From Chlamydiota bacterium (lineage in GTDB: Bacteria; Chlamydiota; Chlamydiia; Chlamydiales; SM23-39): 25,451 nt of DNA. Location of the stretch: contig JASFVE010000025.1 in NCBI GenBank assembly GCA_050049995.1, forward strand, positions 1 to 25,451, given 5' to 3'. The notes beneath the pieces were generated by a model, which did not search any database, had not been told where the DNA came from, and worked only from the letters and a program-made list of their open reading frames with translations. Shown here piece after piece: positions 1 to 9,401 of the stretch; position 1 is the stretch's first letter, and each line of letters starts with the position of its first letter. The position numbers and the translations under genes were made by a program.

Positions 1-672
1 AGCTTCTATTTGAGAGGCTCGGAAACGTCTGCTTATCCGATTAGCTTCTCTAGAAGTTTTAGTCACAAGCCAATGGTTAAGCTCTGTTTCAGGTTTTACT
101 TGCAGTTTTGGTTCTTGCAAGTGAAGTCTGTAATTATTACCACTTTGAACAATTAAATTTTTCTTTCTGCAACTATCTACCCATGCATCTAATGTTCTAT
201 CATCAACATTAAGTGCTTTTGACAGTTTTTCTCTATCTAGAATCCCATTTCTTATAGCTAAGGCATTAATAACTTTAAACTCTTTAGAAGCAGCATTGGC
301 ATTAATACAATCCATGAAACCATGAGTTGTCTCCCAGTTATGGGTGTTAATGACCATTTCGCCATCAACTAAACTCCAAAGAATTATTCCTTCTCCGGTT
401 TTCTCTTGGTTTCTGTTGTATTTTACCTCTAATAATAGATAGGGATAGTAAGTAAGAGTAGGCTCTAAATAAGTATGCTGATCATCCTTTAAAAGCTCTC
501 TTCGATGATGATTCATGATAGTCTCTGCGGTATATCGCATTTCGAGGGTTTGGAACTTTCCAGTAGGCACTAAATCCTGAACGATTGATCTAGCTTCCGG
601 AAAGTTTGTCCAGACCCAAAATGCTCCCACGCCCACAGAGACACAGGCAAATAGCCAAAAAATTGCTCGCAT
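1..672 (-). CDS. Hypothetical protein with N-terminal membrane anchor, 3' end outside window (not in supplied ORF track)
   Basis: Manual translation from ATG at 672 (AGGAG at 690-686; in-frame GTG at 684): MRAIFWLFACVSVGVGAFWVWTNFPEARSIVQDLVPTGKFQTLEMRYTAETIMNHHRRELLKDD..., open to the window edge (224 codons). Hydrophobic N-terminal helix; lies directly downstream of rho. Confidence 0.85.
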   Translation of the reverse strand, partial: MRAIFWLFACVSVGVGAFWVWTNFPEARSIVQDLVPTGKFQTLEMRYTAETIMNHHRRELLKDDQHTYLEPTLTYYPYLLLEVKYNRNQEKTGEGIILWSLVDGEMVINTHNWETTHGFMDCINANAASKEFKVINALAIRNGILDREKLSKALNVDDRTLDAWVDSCRKKNLIVQSGNNYRLHLQEPKLQVKPETELNHWLVTKTSREANRISRRFRASQIEA

Positions 673-739
673 TGCTTTACACACACTCCTTTAATTTTTA
701 GCTATACGAGATTTTGTATTTTTTTGAAAACATGGAGAA

Positions 740-2080
740 TTATTTCTTCATTGTTAACAAAAACTCAGCATTGCTATTTGTTTTTTTCAGCCTTGAAATA
801 AGAAGGTTCATGGCATCTATTGGAGTTAAATCAGCCAAAGCCTGTCTCAATTCATAAATAATTTCAAGTTCACCAGGATGATAAAGCATTTCTTCTCTTC
901 TTGTTCCACTCTTAATTGGATCAATAGCAGGGAAGATCCTTCTATCTGCAAGCCGACGATCTAATACGATCTCATGATTTCCAGTTCCTTTGAATTCTTC
1001 GAAAATAACTTCATCCATTCTAGAACCGGTGTCAATCAATGCTGTGGCAATAATCGTTAAAGAGCCTCCTTGCTCAGTATTTCTGGCAGCACCAAAAAAG
1101 CGTTTAGGCTTATGTAGAGCATTGGCATCAATACCTCCAGTCAAGATTTTACCTGAGTGTGGTTGAACTGTATTATAGGCTCTAGCTAGCCTTGTTAAGG
1201 CATCTAATAAAATAACAACATCTTGACCAGACTCAACAAGTCTTCTTGCTTTTTCTATCACCATATCGGCAATTTGAACGTGCCTTTCTGGCGGCTCATC
1301 AAAAGTAGAAGAAATAACATCTCCTTTTACAGTACGGATCATGTCAGTTACTTCTTCTGGCCTTTCATCTATTAACAAGACCATTAACACGGCTTCCGGA
1401 TTGTTTTTTTCAATAGCCTTAGCAATGTTTTGAAGTAATACAGTTTTTCCTGACTTAGGAGGTGCTACAATTAAAGCTCTTTGTCCTTTTCCTATAGGAG
1501 CTACTAAATCCAATACTCGCATTGAGTATTGATCTTTTGTTGTCTCCATAACGAGTCGTTCATCTGGAAATAAAGGAGTAAGGTTTTCAAAAAGAATTCT
1601 GTCTCTTATTTGCTCTGGGGATTTACCATTAATTTTTTCTACTTTTAAAAGAGCAAAATATTTTTCCTTTTCCTTAGGAGATCTAATAGTACCTAATAAG
1701 GTATCTCCTTTTCTTAAGTCAAACCTTCGAATTTGAGCCGGAGAGACATAAATATCTTCAGCTGACGGAAGGTAATTATACTGAGGAGATCTCAAGAAAC
1801 CGAAACCATCTGGTAGAACCTCTAAAACTCCTTCACCATAAAGAGCTTCATTTTGTTTTTCCGAAATAAGCTTTACTACTTCAAAAACAATTTGCGACTT
1901 TGTAAGAGCACCTATTTGCTTAAAACCGATGGACTTTGCATATTCATGTAACTGATCAATATTCATTCTCTGTAATTCTGAAATCTTAGTGATTTTCTTT
2001 ACTGGTTTTGCAATTGACTCTTTTGAATCTTCTTTTGGCTTCTTATTTTCCATATCTACTGTAGTTCCTGATGTGTTCAT
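740..2080 (-). CDS. rho: Transcription termination factor Rho
   Basis: [36 protein letters not shown]-binding domain, P-loop [30 protein letters not shown]. Confidence 0.99.
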   Translation of the reverse strand: MNTSGTTVDMENKKPKEDSKESIAKPVKKITKISELQRMNIDQLHEYAKSIGFKQIGALTKSQIVFEVVKLISEKQNEALYGEGVLEVLPDGFGFLRSPQYNYLPSAEDIYVSPAQIRRFDLRKGDTLLGTIRSPKEKEKYFALLKVEKINGKSPEQIRDRILFENLTPLFPDERLVMETTKDQYSMRVLDLVAPIGKGQRALIVAPPKSGKTVLLQNIAKAIEKNNPEAVLMVLLIDERPEEVTDMIRTVKGDVISSTFDEPPERHVQIADMVIEKARRLVESGQDVVILLDALTRLARAYNTVQPHSGKILTGGIDANALHKPKRFFGAARNTEQGGSLTIIATALIDTGSRMDEVIFEEFKGTGNHEIVLDRRLADRRIFPAIDPIKSGTRREEMLYHPGELEIIYELRQALADLTPIDAMNLLISRLKKTNSNAEFLLTMKK

Positions 2081-2113
2081 TGAACATTTTTCTCCATATA
2101 TTTAATGCTATTT

Positions 2114-2716
2114 TTAGCAACGTGCTAAAAGATTTTGATAAATAATTTCTACACTTTTTCTGAGATCTTTTAAAGATCCGTTGTTTTTAATAATAAAGTC
2201 TGCTCTTTTAGACTTCTCATCTGATGAAAGCTGTCTTTTTTTTCGCTCATCATACTGGTCTTTCGTAAATCCTTTTTCTTGCATGCGTAGGTTACATAAA
2301 TCATCATTTGCATGAACTGCAATAACGTAGTCAAAAAATTTTTCTTGCTTAATTTCATATAGCAAAGGAATTTCTACAAAGACTAATTTTTCTGATGATG
2401 CAGTAATTTTCTTTTCAATTTCCTTTAATACTAAGGGATGAATGATTTCTTCAAGAGCTTTTAGAAGTTTTTTATTACTAAAAACTTTTTTAGCGATGCT
2501 ATCACGGCTTATTTTACCATTGACCAATATATCCTTGCCAAGAAGTTTGATCACTTTTTCATGTATTATGCCATTAAAAAGCAATAACTTGTGAACAATA
2601 TCGTCAGCGTTTATTACATAGCAACCAAGGTCTTGAAAAAATCGTAAAACCGTAGACTTACCGCTTGCAATCCCACCTGTAATCGCAATTTTTTTTGAAT
2701 TTAACATTCTGCCCAA
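2114..2716 (-). CDS. coaE: Dephospho-CoA kinase (ATG at 2707 is an alternative start)
   Basis: KIAITGGIASGKST, INADDIVH, LEEIIHP, EIPLLYE, ADFIIKNNGS; downstream of polA. Confidence 0.96.
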   Translation of the reverse strand: MGRMLNSKKIAITGGIASGKSTVLRFFQDLGCYVINADDIVHKLLLFNGIIHEKVIKLLGKDILVNGKISRDSIAKKVFSNKKLLKALEEIIHPLVLKEIEKKITASSEKLVFVEIPLLYEIKQEKFFDYVIAVHANDDLCNLRMQEKGFTKDQYDERKKRQLSSDEKSKRADFIIKNNGSLKDLRKSVEIIYQNLLARC

Positions 2717-5376
2717 TTTTTGCCAATTTCGATATCAACAACCAAAGGAACCTTTAAAGAAAAAACATTTTCCATTTTCTCTTTTACAAAGCTTTCAAAT
2801 AACATGAGCTCCATATCAGGAACTTCAAAAATCAACTCATCATGAATTTGTAGAACCATAAATCCTTGTAACTTTCGTGCATGAATTTCTTTTTGAACTT
2901 CAATCATAGCAAGCTTAATTAAGTCTGCGGCGCTTCCTTGAAGGGGAGTGTTCACAGCAAGCCTTTCTGCCATAGAGCGGATCGTAGGATTTTTACTGGT
3001 AATTTCAGGAATAGGCCTTGTTCTTCCAGTTAACGTTTCAGACTCGCTAGTTTCTCTAACTTTCTGTTTACATATATCGATAAACTCTAAAACTTTAGGG
3101 TATCTTGCAAAATAGGTTTTAATAAAGTTAGAAGCTTCTCTCATGGGTATGCCGAGTTCTTGAGAAAGTCCAAAAGGACCTTGACCATATAAAATCCCAA
3201 AATTTACTGCTTTTGCTTGATAGCGCATGTCTTTAGTTACTTTATCTATGGGAACATTGAATACTAATGAAGCTGTATAGGTATGAATGTCTTGATTCTC
3301 ATGAAAAGCCTTAATTAATTGAGGATCATTACTCAAGTGAGCTAACAGTCTAAGTTCAATTTGCGAGTAGTCGGCTGATAAATAACTCCAATTGTTATGT
3401 TGAGGTTTAAAGCCAGCTCTAATTTTTCTTCCTTCTTTTGTTCTCACAGGGATATTTTGCAAGTTTGGATCTTGGCAGGAAAGCCTTCCCGTTGCAGTGA
3501 CAGACTGGTTGAAGGTACAGTGTACTCTATTTGTATTAGGGTTTACTTGCTTAGGAAGAGCTTCAACATAGGTAGATCTAAGTTTTTCCAATCCTCTGTA
3601 TTGTAAAACCTTACTTGCAACATTACTTTCTTCTGCCAAAAGCTCTAATACTTTTGCACTTGTTGAATACTCCGTTTTTTTACGAGAAGGGGGTGTTAGC
3701 CCAAGTCTATTATATAAAATCTCACTCAGTTGCTTAGGTGAGTTTAAATTAAATTCCTCGCCTACTTCATTATAGATTTCACGCTCTATTAAATGAATTT
3801 GCTCTACAAGAGAACGTGTCATCTCAGTCAATTTTTGCGTACACAAATAAATCCCATTTCTTTCCATTTCTGCCAAAATAGGCAGTAGGGGGATTTCAAT
3901 TTTGTGCAAAATCTTTTCTAAGGCTGTATTTTTGAGTTCTTTTTCAAAAAGAGTCTTTAATCGAAAGGTGTAGTCAACATCTTCGCAGCAGTATTCTTTT
4001 ACTTGTTCTAAAGGGACCTCTTGAAGCTCTTTTTTCTTCTTCCCTTCGCCAATCAATGCTTTAAAAGCAATTTTGTGTTTGCCAAACTTTTCTAAAGCTA
4101 GCTGATCCAACCCATGTCTTCTTTGATGAGGTGCTAAGAGGTAAGAGGCTAATATTGTATCAAATCCAATATTCTTAATTTCAATTCCATAGTTTTTAAA
4201 AATGTGGAAATCGTACTTAAGATTATGCCCTATAAAACGGATGCTTTTGTTTTCTAAAAGACTTTTTAATTCTTTTAATAAAAACTGGTGTGGCAAATCG
4301 CCGTTAAATGGAACATACCAGGCTTTACCTGGCTGAGTTGCAAAGCCTACTCCTACTAATTTTGCTAACAAGGGATGTAGTGATGTTGTTTCCGTATCAA
4401 CTGAAATTTCCTTAGCACCTGAAAGGGCCAACATCATTTCATTGAAAGAGCCTGTATCATTGACTAAAACATAGTTTACATCTACGGATTCTTCTTCAAT
4501 GATCTTAGGTTTAGCTTTTTCGATTTCTCCTAAATCCTTCAAAAGAGTGGAAAACTTCATGTCGCGATAAAGATCTGCAAGTAGAGAAATATTTGGATCT
4601 TTGACTCTGAAAAATTCATTCGTTTTTTGAAATTCAACAGTTGTATCCAAAGTAGCAAGTTCACGACTCATCAGAGCTATATCCTTTTGAGTTTGCAGCG
4701 TCTCTTGTTTCTTTTTTCCGGAAACTTCTAAGGGATGTTCTAAAATATAATCTAAAGTTTTGAATTTTTGTAGCAGAGTTGCTGCAGTTTTCGGCCCAAA
4801 TCCTTCTAACCCTGGTATATTATCAGAGGCGTCTCCCATAATTGCCAAAAAATCCAGCATTTGACTTGGTGTAACACCGTAAATTTCTTCCACTTTGTTT
4901 TCATCAACTAACAAGTTGTCTTTATTTGGCTGTAAAACAAATACTTTTTTGGAAACTAGTTGGAACAAGTCTTTATCACTTGAACAAATGTAAACTTCAG
5001 AGCCTTTTTTTTCTGCCCATTTGGTAATGCTTGCAATAGTATCATCTGCCTCTACATTTGGAATGCAAATAACAGGTAAGCCTGCCTTCTCACAAAATTC
5101 GTATGCCCATTCAAACTGAGGAAACAGATCTTCAGGAGCACCTTTTCGATTCATTTTATATTCGGCATATACTGCTTGTCTCGATTTTTTGTTATCGGGC
5201 CCGTCAAATACAACTGCCATATGAGTAGGGCTAAATTCTTTTTGAATTTTTTGAATAGATCTTATAAACCCGTATAAGGCGCTTGTTGATTCGCCCCGGT
5301 CATTGGTCATCGGACCTATTGCATAATAGGAACGAAAAAGAAAGTTGACTGCATCTAAAATATATAGTTTTTCCAT
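2701..5376 (-). CDS. polA: DNA polymerase I with 5'-3' exonuclease, apparently intact 3'-5' exonuclease motifs, and polymerase domain
   Basis: EADDTI, GDASDNIPG, ExoI DTETTS, ExoII HNLKYD, ExoIII YCCED, TATGRLS..PNLQNIP, ADYSQIELR, AKAVNFGILYG, QIHDEL. Confidence 0.99.
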   Translation of the reverse strand: MEKLYILDAVNFLFRSYYAIGPMTNDRGESTSALYGFIRSIQKIQKEFSPTHMAVVFDGPDNKKSRQAVYAEYKMNRKGAPEDLFPQFEWAYEFCEKAGLPVICIPNVEADDTIASITKWAEKKGSEVYICSSDKDLFQLVSKKVFVLQPNKDNLLVDENKVEEIYGVTPSQMLDFLAIMGDASDNIPGLEGFGPKTAATLLQKFKTLDYILEHPLEVSGKKKQETLQTQKDIALMSRELATLDTTVEFQKTNEFFRVKDPNISLLADLYRDMKFSTLLKDLGEIEKAKPKIIEEESVDVNYVLVNDTGSFNEMMLALSGAKEISVDTETTSLHPLLAKLVGVGFATQPGKAWYVPFNGDLPHQFLLKELKSLLENKSIRFIGHNLKYDFHIFKNYGIEIKNIGFDTILASYLLAPHQRRHGLDQLALEKFGKHKIAFKALIGEGKKKKELQEVPLEQVKEYCCEDVDYTFRLKTLFEKELKNTALEKILHKIEIPLLPILAEMERNGIYLCTQKLTEMTRSLVEQIHLIEREIYNEVGEEFNLNSPKQLSEILYNRLGLTPPSRKKTEYSTSAKVLELLAEESNVASKVLQYRGLEKLRSTYVEALPKQVNPNTNRVHCTFNQSVTATGRLSCQDPNLQNIPVRTKEGRKIRAGFKPQHNNWSYLSADYSQIELRLLAHLSNDPQLIKAFHENQDIHTYTASLVFNVPIDKVTKDMRYQAKAVNFGILYGQGPFGLSQELGIPMREASNFIKTYFARYPKVLEFIDICKQKVRETSESETLTGRTRPIPEITSKNPTIRSMAERLAVNTPLQGSAADLIKLAMIEVQKEIHARKLQGFMVLQIHDELIFEVPDMELMLFESFVKEKMENVFSLKVPLVVDIEIGKNWAEC

Positions 5377-6407
5377 TACTTATGAAAAGAAATTACACCT
5401 GGCTGATAAAGGTAAGCAAATTGTTCATCACATAGGGGATTTGTTTTAAAAAAAATAGAAGGTAAATAAGATTTGGCATCAAACATACTGGAAAGCCAAC
5501 TTTTTCTAGGAGTCAACTCTACTACTTGGTAGGGCTCACTAATATTTGCTTCCTTAGCAAGAAAAGACAAAACATCCTTCTCACCTACATTGTACTGATC
5601 GATCATACCAATTTCAGTAGCTTTTTTTGCATCAAATATCCTAGCTCCGTATGTGTTAATAAGAGAACTTTTAGAAATTTGCGGGCGGTTTGAAGTAACA
5701 ATGTCGACAAATGTTTCATAAAAAAAGGCAAGAAGGGACTGTAGGTTTTCATCTTCGTCTGGCTTCCAGGGCCTAAGAGGATTCATAGGATCCTTTCCTT
5801 CACCTTTAGTTAATGTTTTTGCCTTCACTCCCCATTTATCTAAAGTATCATAAAAATTCAAAAAGGGACCTATAACAACGCCAACTGAGCCAACTATACC
5901 TACTTGACTTGAGTAAATGTGGTCGGCTGCACACGCGATGTAATATCCGCCTGAAGCACACATCCCATCTACATAGGCAAAGACAGGGACGTTATATTTA
6001 GTCTTATAGTTTTTAATTAGTCGGTAAATTTGATCAGAGTCATTAACGCCACCGCCTGGTGTATTTATATTTAGTAAAACAGCCTTGACTCGATCATTTC
6101 GGAACATTCTAGTTCGAGAGTCTAATAAGATATTTTCTATGTTTTCAGCTGTTAGAGTTTGTCCAATAATTCCATGGATTTTAATTTCCAAAATAGCAGG
6201 TGATTTTTCGTGTAAAAGAATTCTCCTTCCATTTTCATCAGGCAAAATATGGGTAGTAGTTTTATCAGAGAGATCTTTTTCAGCTCCAACGGACATAAAC
6301 ATAATTACCAAGGGTATGAAAGCTACAAAAATACCAACTACCACGGCTATGCTTTTGAAGAAGGTTCGTACAGTAGAGCGGAGGATTGTATCAGAGTGAT
6401 TTCCCAT
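5376..6407 (-). CDS. sppA: S49-family signal peptide peptidase (SppA/SohB-like) with N-terminal TM helix
   Basis: LLNINTPGGG, MCASGGYYIACAAD, VGSVGV; stop overlaps the polA start by 1 nt. Confidence 0.9.
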   Translation of the reverse strand: MGNHSDTILRSTVRTFFKSIAVVVGIFVAFIPLVIMFMSVGAEKDLSDKTTTHILPDENGRRILLHEKSPAILEIKIHGIIGQTLTAENIENILLDSRTRMFRNDRVKAVLLNINTPGGGVNDSDQIYRLIKNYKTKYNVPVFAYVDGMCASGGYYIACAADHIYSSQVGIVGSVGVVIGPFLNFYDTLDKWGVKAKTLTKGEGKDPMNPLRPWKPDEDENLQSLLAFFYETFVDIVTSNRPQISKSSLINTYGARIFDAKKATEIGMIDQYNVGEKDVLSFLAKEANISEPYQVVELTPRKSWLSSMFDAKSYLPSIFFKTNPLCDEQFAYLYQPGVISFHK

Positions 6408-6415
6408 AAAAATTT

Positions 6416-6922
6416 TTACACCATGCTTTGATTTATACTAATTTGAAAAAGTTCAAAAAATGCTAATGCCCCAAAAATAATAAACCCTATAAAAATAATG
6501 CTTGGGAAAACAAAGTTAAGGGTGAGGCCAATTAATACTAAAAATTGCATTGCCGTTGTTACTTTTCCCCATCTAACTGATTGGAGCTGGAAGCCTTTCC
6601 ATTTATTGACGATTAATAGATAAAGTCCAAAAAGACACAGAAAAAAGTCTCTTGAGATCATGGAAGCTGCCTGCCACATTTTGATTTTCCCTTCGAAAAA
6701 AATGACAGTAAGAGCAAAGTACACAAAAAATTTATCCATAACAGGATCTAATATTGCTCCAAACTTCGATGTTGAATGACTTCTTCTTGCTAAGTACCCA
6801 TCAACGCTATCTGTAATCATAGCTAGAAGGAGAGCAAGAATTCTTAAAGCTGTGCTTTCAGTTAAGAACAAAAAAGCAAGCGGCGCTCTCAAAAAAGTTA
6901 AGCAGTTTGATATTGTTATCAT
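6416..6922 (-). CDS. pgsA: CDP-alcohol phosphatidyltransferase (PgsA-like)
   Basis: DSVDGYLARR..SKFGAILDPVMDK matches DxxDGxxAR...GxxxDxxxD; N-terminal NCLTFLR; GKVTT. Confidence 0.85.
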   Translation of the reverse strand: MITISNCLTFLRAPLAFLFLTESTALRILALLLAMITDSVDGYLARRSHSTSKFGAILDPVMDKFFVYFALTVIFFEGKIKMWQAASMISRDFFLCLFGLYLLIVNKWKGFQLQSVRWGKVTTAMQFLVLIGLTLNFVFPSIIFIGFIIFGALAFFELFQISINQSMV

Positions 6923-6932
6923 TAGAAATCGG

Positions 6933-7550
6933 TTATGAATATGTCTTTTTATGGTTTTTCATCCATTTATACCAAATAATTGAAATTAACGTCACAATAA
7001 AGACAGAAAAGATGATAATGTTAAATGTCTTCAGTGAGTTTATCAGAGCATGGTAATTTCTTCCCAGTGCATATGTCAGAAAAAAAAGAGCTGAATTCGA
7101 TAATGCACAAGCGATTCCATCACTTAAAATAAATTTTCCAAAGTGCATTCTACTCATGCCTGCAGTAATAAATAGGCAGTTTCTTACACCAAAAGGAATA
7201 AACCTGCCAATTAAAAGGGTTAGAAACCCATATTTTTCGTAAAAATTTTGTGTTTGGATTAATCTTTTAGGGTGAATTGTTCGTTTAAACCAGCCAATTG
7301 TCCACATCTTTCTGCCTAGGGTCCGTCCAATCCAATAGGCCAGCCAATCAGATAGATAGCTACCCAAAAAAACTGCTAAAAATAAAATAGCAGTATTTTC
7401 AGGTACAACAGTTGCCGACAATAGACCACTTGTTATGATCATTAAATCTTCACTTATTGGGACGTTAAATCCAGCTAGCATTAACAAAGAAAAAATAATC
7501 CAATGGGCATGAGAAGCATGTTGCAAAACAAAATCTACAATCGATTCCAT
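6933..7550 (-). CDS. dedA: DedA-family membrane protein
   Basis: GFNVPISEDL, DWLAYWIGR, KYG...IGRFIPFGVR, AGMSRM; multiple TM segments. Confidence 0.92.
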   Translation of the reverse strand: MESIVDFVLQHASHAHWIIFSLLMLAGFNVPISEDLMIITSGLLSATVVPENTAILFLAVFLGSYLSDWLAYWIGRTLGRKMWTIGWFKRTIHPKRLIQTQNFYEKYGFLTLLIGRFIPFGVRNCLFITAGMSRMHFGKFILSDGIACALSNSALFFLTYALGRNYHALINSLKTFNIIIFSVFIVTLISIIWYKWMKNHKKTYS

Positions 7551-7597
7551 ATCAGCAGATGGGTTTTTCTTTAAATTTCATTAAATGGTATTTATTA

Positions 7598-9160
7598 TCA
7601 AGTGACTTGCTTAGCCGGAGCTTCAGATACAACCTCTTTGTCTTCTTCAATATTTAAAGTTTCTTGTTGAGAAGTTAGGTTATAGAATCTCTTTCCTAAT
7701 GAAAAGACTGAAGTCATCCAAATGGCTATGACAGCCAAGAAAATTATTGCAATATATGGAGTGCTGGCAGCTAATGAACCAAATGTGAGGAGCAACCCTT
7801 GATAAAGAAATGAACCACCGCTCTTACCAATTCTTGAACCTACGCCGTCAATAGCAGCTTTGCCTTTTAATTTACATTCAGCTCCTAAGGGCACAAAAGC
7901 TAGCTCTTTTGTTGCATCAAAAAGAGTGTATTTGCAAGCGCGGCTTAAACAGTTTTGCATGGACCCAAAGAAGACGCTTAATAGCAGAGGAGTAGAACCC
8001 AGAAAAGCTGCTACTGGACCTAAGAAGGAGTTCTCAAAAAGTAGGAAAGAGAAAAATGCTAGGCCAGTAAAAAGCATAATTAGAGGTGAGACTAGAGCGC
8101 TAAATGTCCAAGAAAATCTTCTGATAAGATTTCCTGATATAAAAATGGCAATAAAAGTGGCTAAAATACCCATCCAAGTCATGACTTGTCCCATGTACAC
8201 AGAATAATCGCTAGGATTAGGGTAGAGTTGTTTCATTTGGTTTTTCCAAAGAACTTCAACTAGATTAATGGAGAAATGATAGGTAAAAACGATGATCGCA
8301 ATGCTAAGTAAATATTTAGATTTTGCAAGGTAGGCAAAGTTTTTCCTAAGAGACATTTTTATTTTTGGCTCTTTTGGCTTTTGGCTGTCTAGCTTTTGAG
8401 TATTTATGATATTTTTATTGTACCACCTAAAAATTGCTATAATAGCAAGCCCAGTAAGGAAGATTGTTCCATTTAAAAAGACAACTGATTGGTCCCATGC
8501 AGTCTTTCCGAATGGTAGGTTTGGGTTGAAAAAATTACTAGATAAAGTGATGGCAGACTGCCCAGAAATAATGCCAGATGCATTAGCACCTATAGCAAAA
8601 AGAGAATAAAACCGTTTGGCTTCTTTTACAGAAAAGACTTCGTTGGTAAATCCCCAGAAAAGAACAGTTAAAACAATTACTCCCCAGAGCTCCGCCATTA
8701 CATAAAAGGCAGCAAAAGTCCAGTTGCGCAATATAGCAATGAACCCATAAAACCCTGAAGGCAAAACGGTTTGAAGGTAATCCGCAAATTCTTGTGGGTG
8801 TAAAATGTCTCGAGCTGGGTAGAGTATTAGCGCAAATAGAGCAAAAAAACCGAGGAAAAGTGATAAGATAATATAGAAAACCTTTTCCCTTGAAAATCGA
8901 TTGGAAAGCCTAGTAAAAATAAAAGTTATTAGAAGGGCGGAGGGAACTATCAGCCATACCTTAATGAAGGGAATTGCTTCAGCTCCTGAATTATTAGCTG
9001 TAACGATAAAGCTGTCTTTAACCGCTCTCAAAAGATTGTAGTTAAAGGAAATAAGGAAAAACATTATTAGCATGGGGATGAATTTCTTATATTCAGATCG
9101 ATAAATAGGCCAAAGAAAAGATCGAATTTTTCCGAATTGCTTTTGGCTATTTACTTCCAT
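7598..9160 (-). CDS. NTT/Tlc-family nucleotide transporter, probably Npt2/NTT2-like rather than the canonical ATP/ADP exchanger
   Basis: RSFLWPI..EYKKFIP, KDSFIV..GAEAIPFIKVW, FYVMAELWG, EAKRFY, KYTLFDATKELAFVPL, KGKAAIDGVGSRIGKSGG; about 12 TM segments; position beside sppA/pgsA recalls C. trachomatis npt2. Confidence 0.95.
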   Translation of the reverse strand: MEVNSQKQFGKIRSFLWPIYRSEYKKFIPMLIMFFLISFNYNLLRAVKDSFIVTANNSGAEAIPFIKVWLIVPSALLITFIFTRLSNRFSREKVFYIILSLFLGFFALFALILYPARDILHPQEFADYLQTVLPSGFYGFIAILRNWTFAAFYVMAELWGVIVLTVLFWGFTNEVFSVKEAKRFYSLFAIGANASGIISGQSAITLSSNFFNPNLPFGKTAWDQSVVFLNGTIFLTGLAIIAIFRWYNKNIINTQKLDSQKPKEPKIKMSLRKNFAYLAKSKYLLSIAIIVFTYHFSINLVEVLWKNQMKQLYPNPSDYSVYMGQVMTWMGILATFIAIFISGNLIRRFSWTFSALVSPLIMLFTGLAFFSFLLFENSFLGPVAAFLGSTPLLLSVFFGSMQNCLSRACKYTLFDATKELAFVPLGAECKLKGKAAIDGVGSRIGKSGGSFLYQGLLLTFGSLAASTPYIAIIFLAVIAIWMTSVFSLGKRFYNLTSQQETLNIEEDKEVVSEAPAKQVT

Positions 9161-9201
9161 GCTTCCGCCTATATTTTAGATTTTTAAATGAAATGAATTT
9201 T

Positions 9202-9348
9202 GCAATATTATATTGCGTGGATGATTTGCCATCTAAATAATTATTTAGAGTGGTCTTTTTTGTTAAAAAATCTTTTACTTTTTTTAAGTATTGCATATTA
9301 ATATGCAGCCAAACATAGGCTTTAATTTGATACCTTAAATTATTAAGG
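9202..9348. promoter_or_regulatory. Cluster of short palindromes upstream of the NTT gene (candidate operators or structured leader)
   Basis: GCAATAT-T-ATATTGC 9202-9216; TCTAAATAATTATTTAGA 9232-9249; TGCATATTAATATGCA 9292-9307; CCTTAA-ATTA-TTAAGG 9333-9348. Confidence 0.45.
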
Positions 9349-9401
9349 ATATGGTCTTATTAATCAATGAATCTTTTAGAAAAAGCAGTCAAGTAAATTC
9401 T

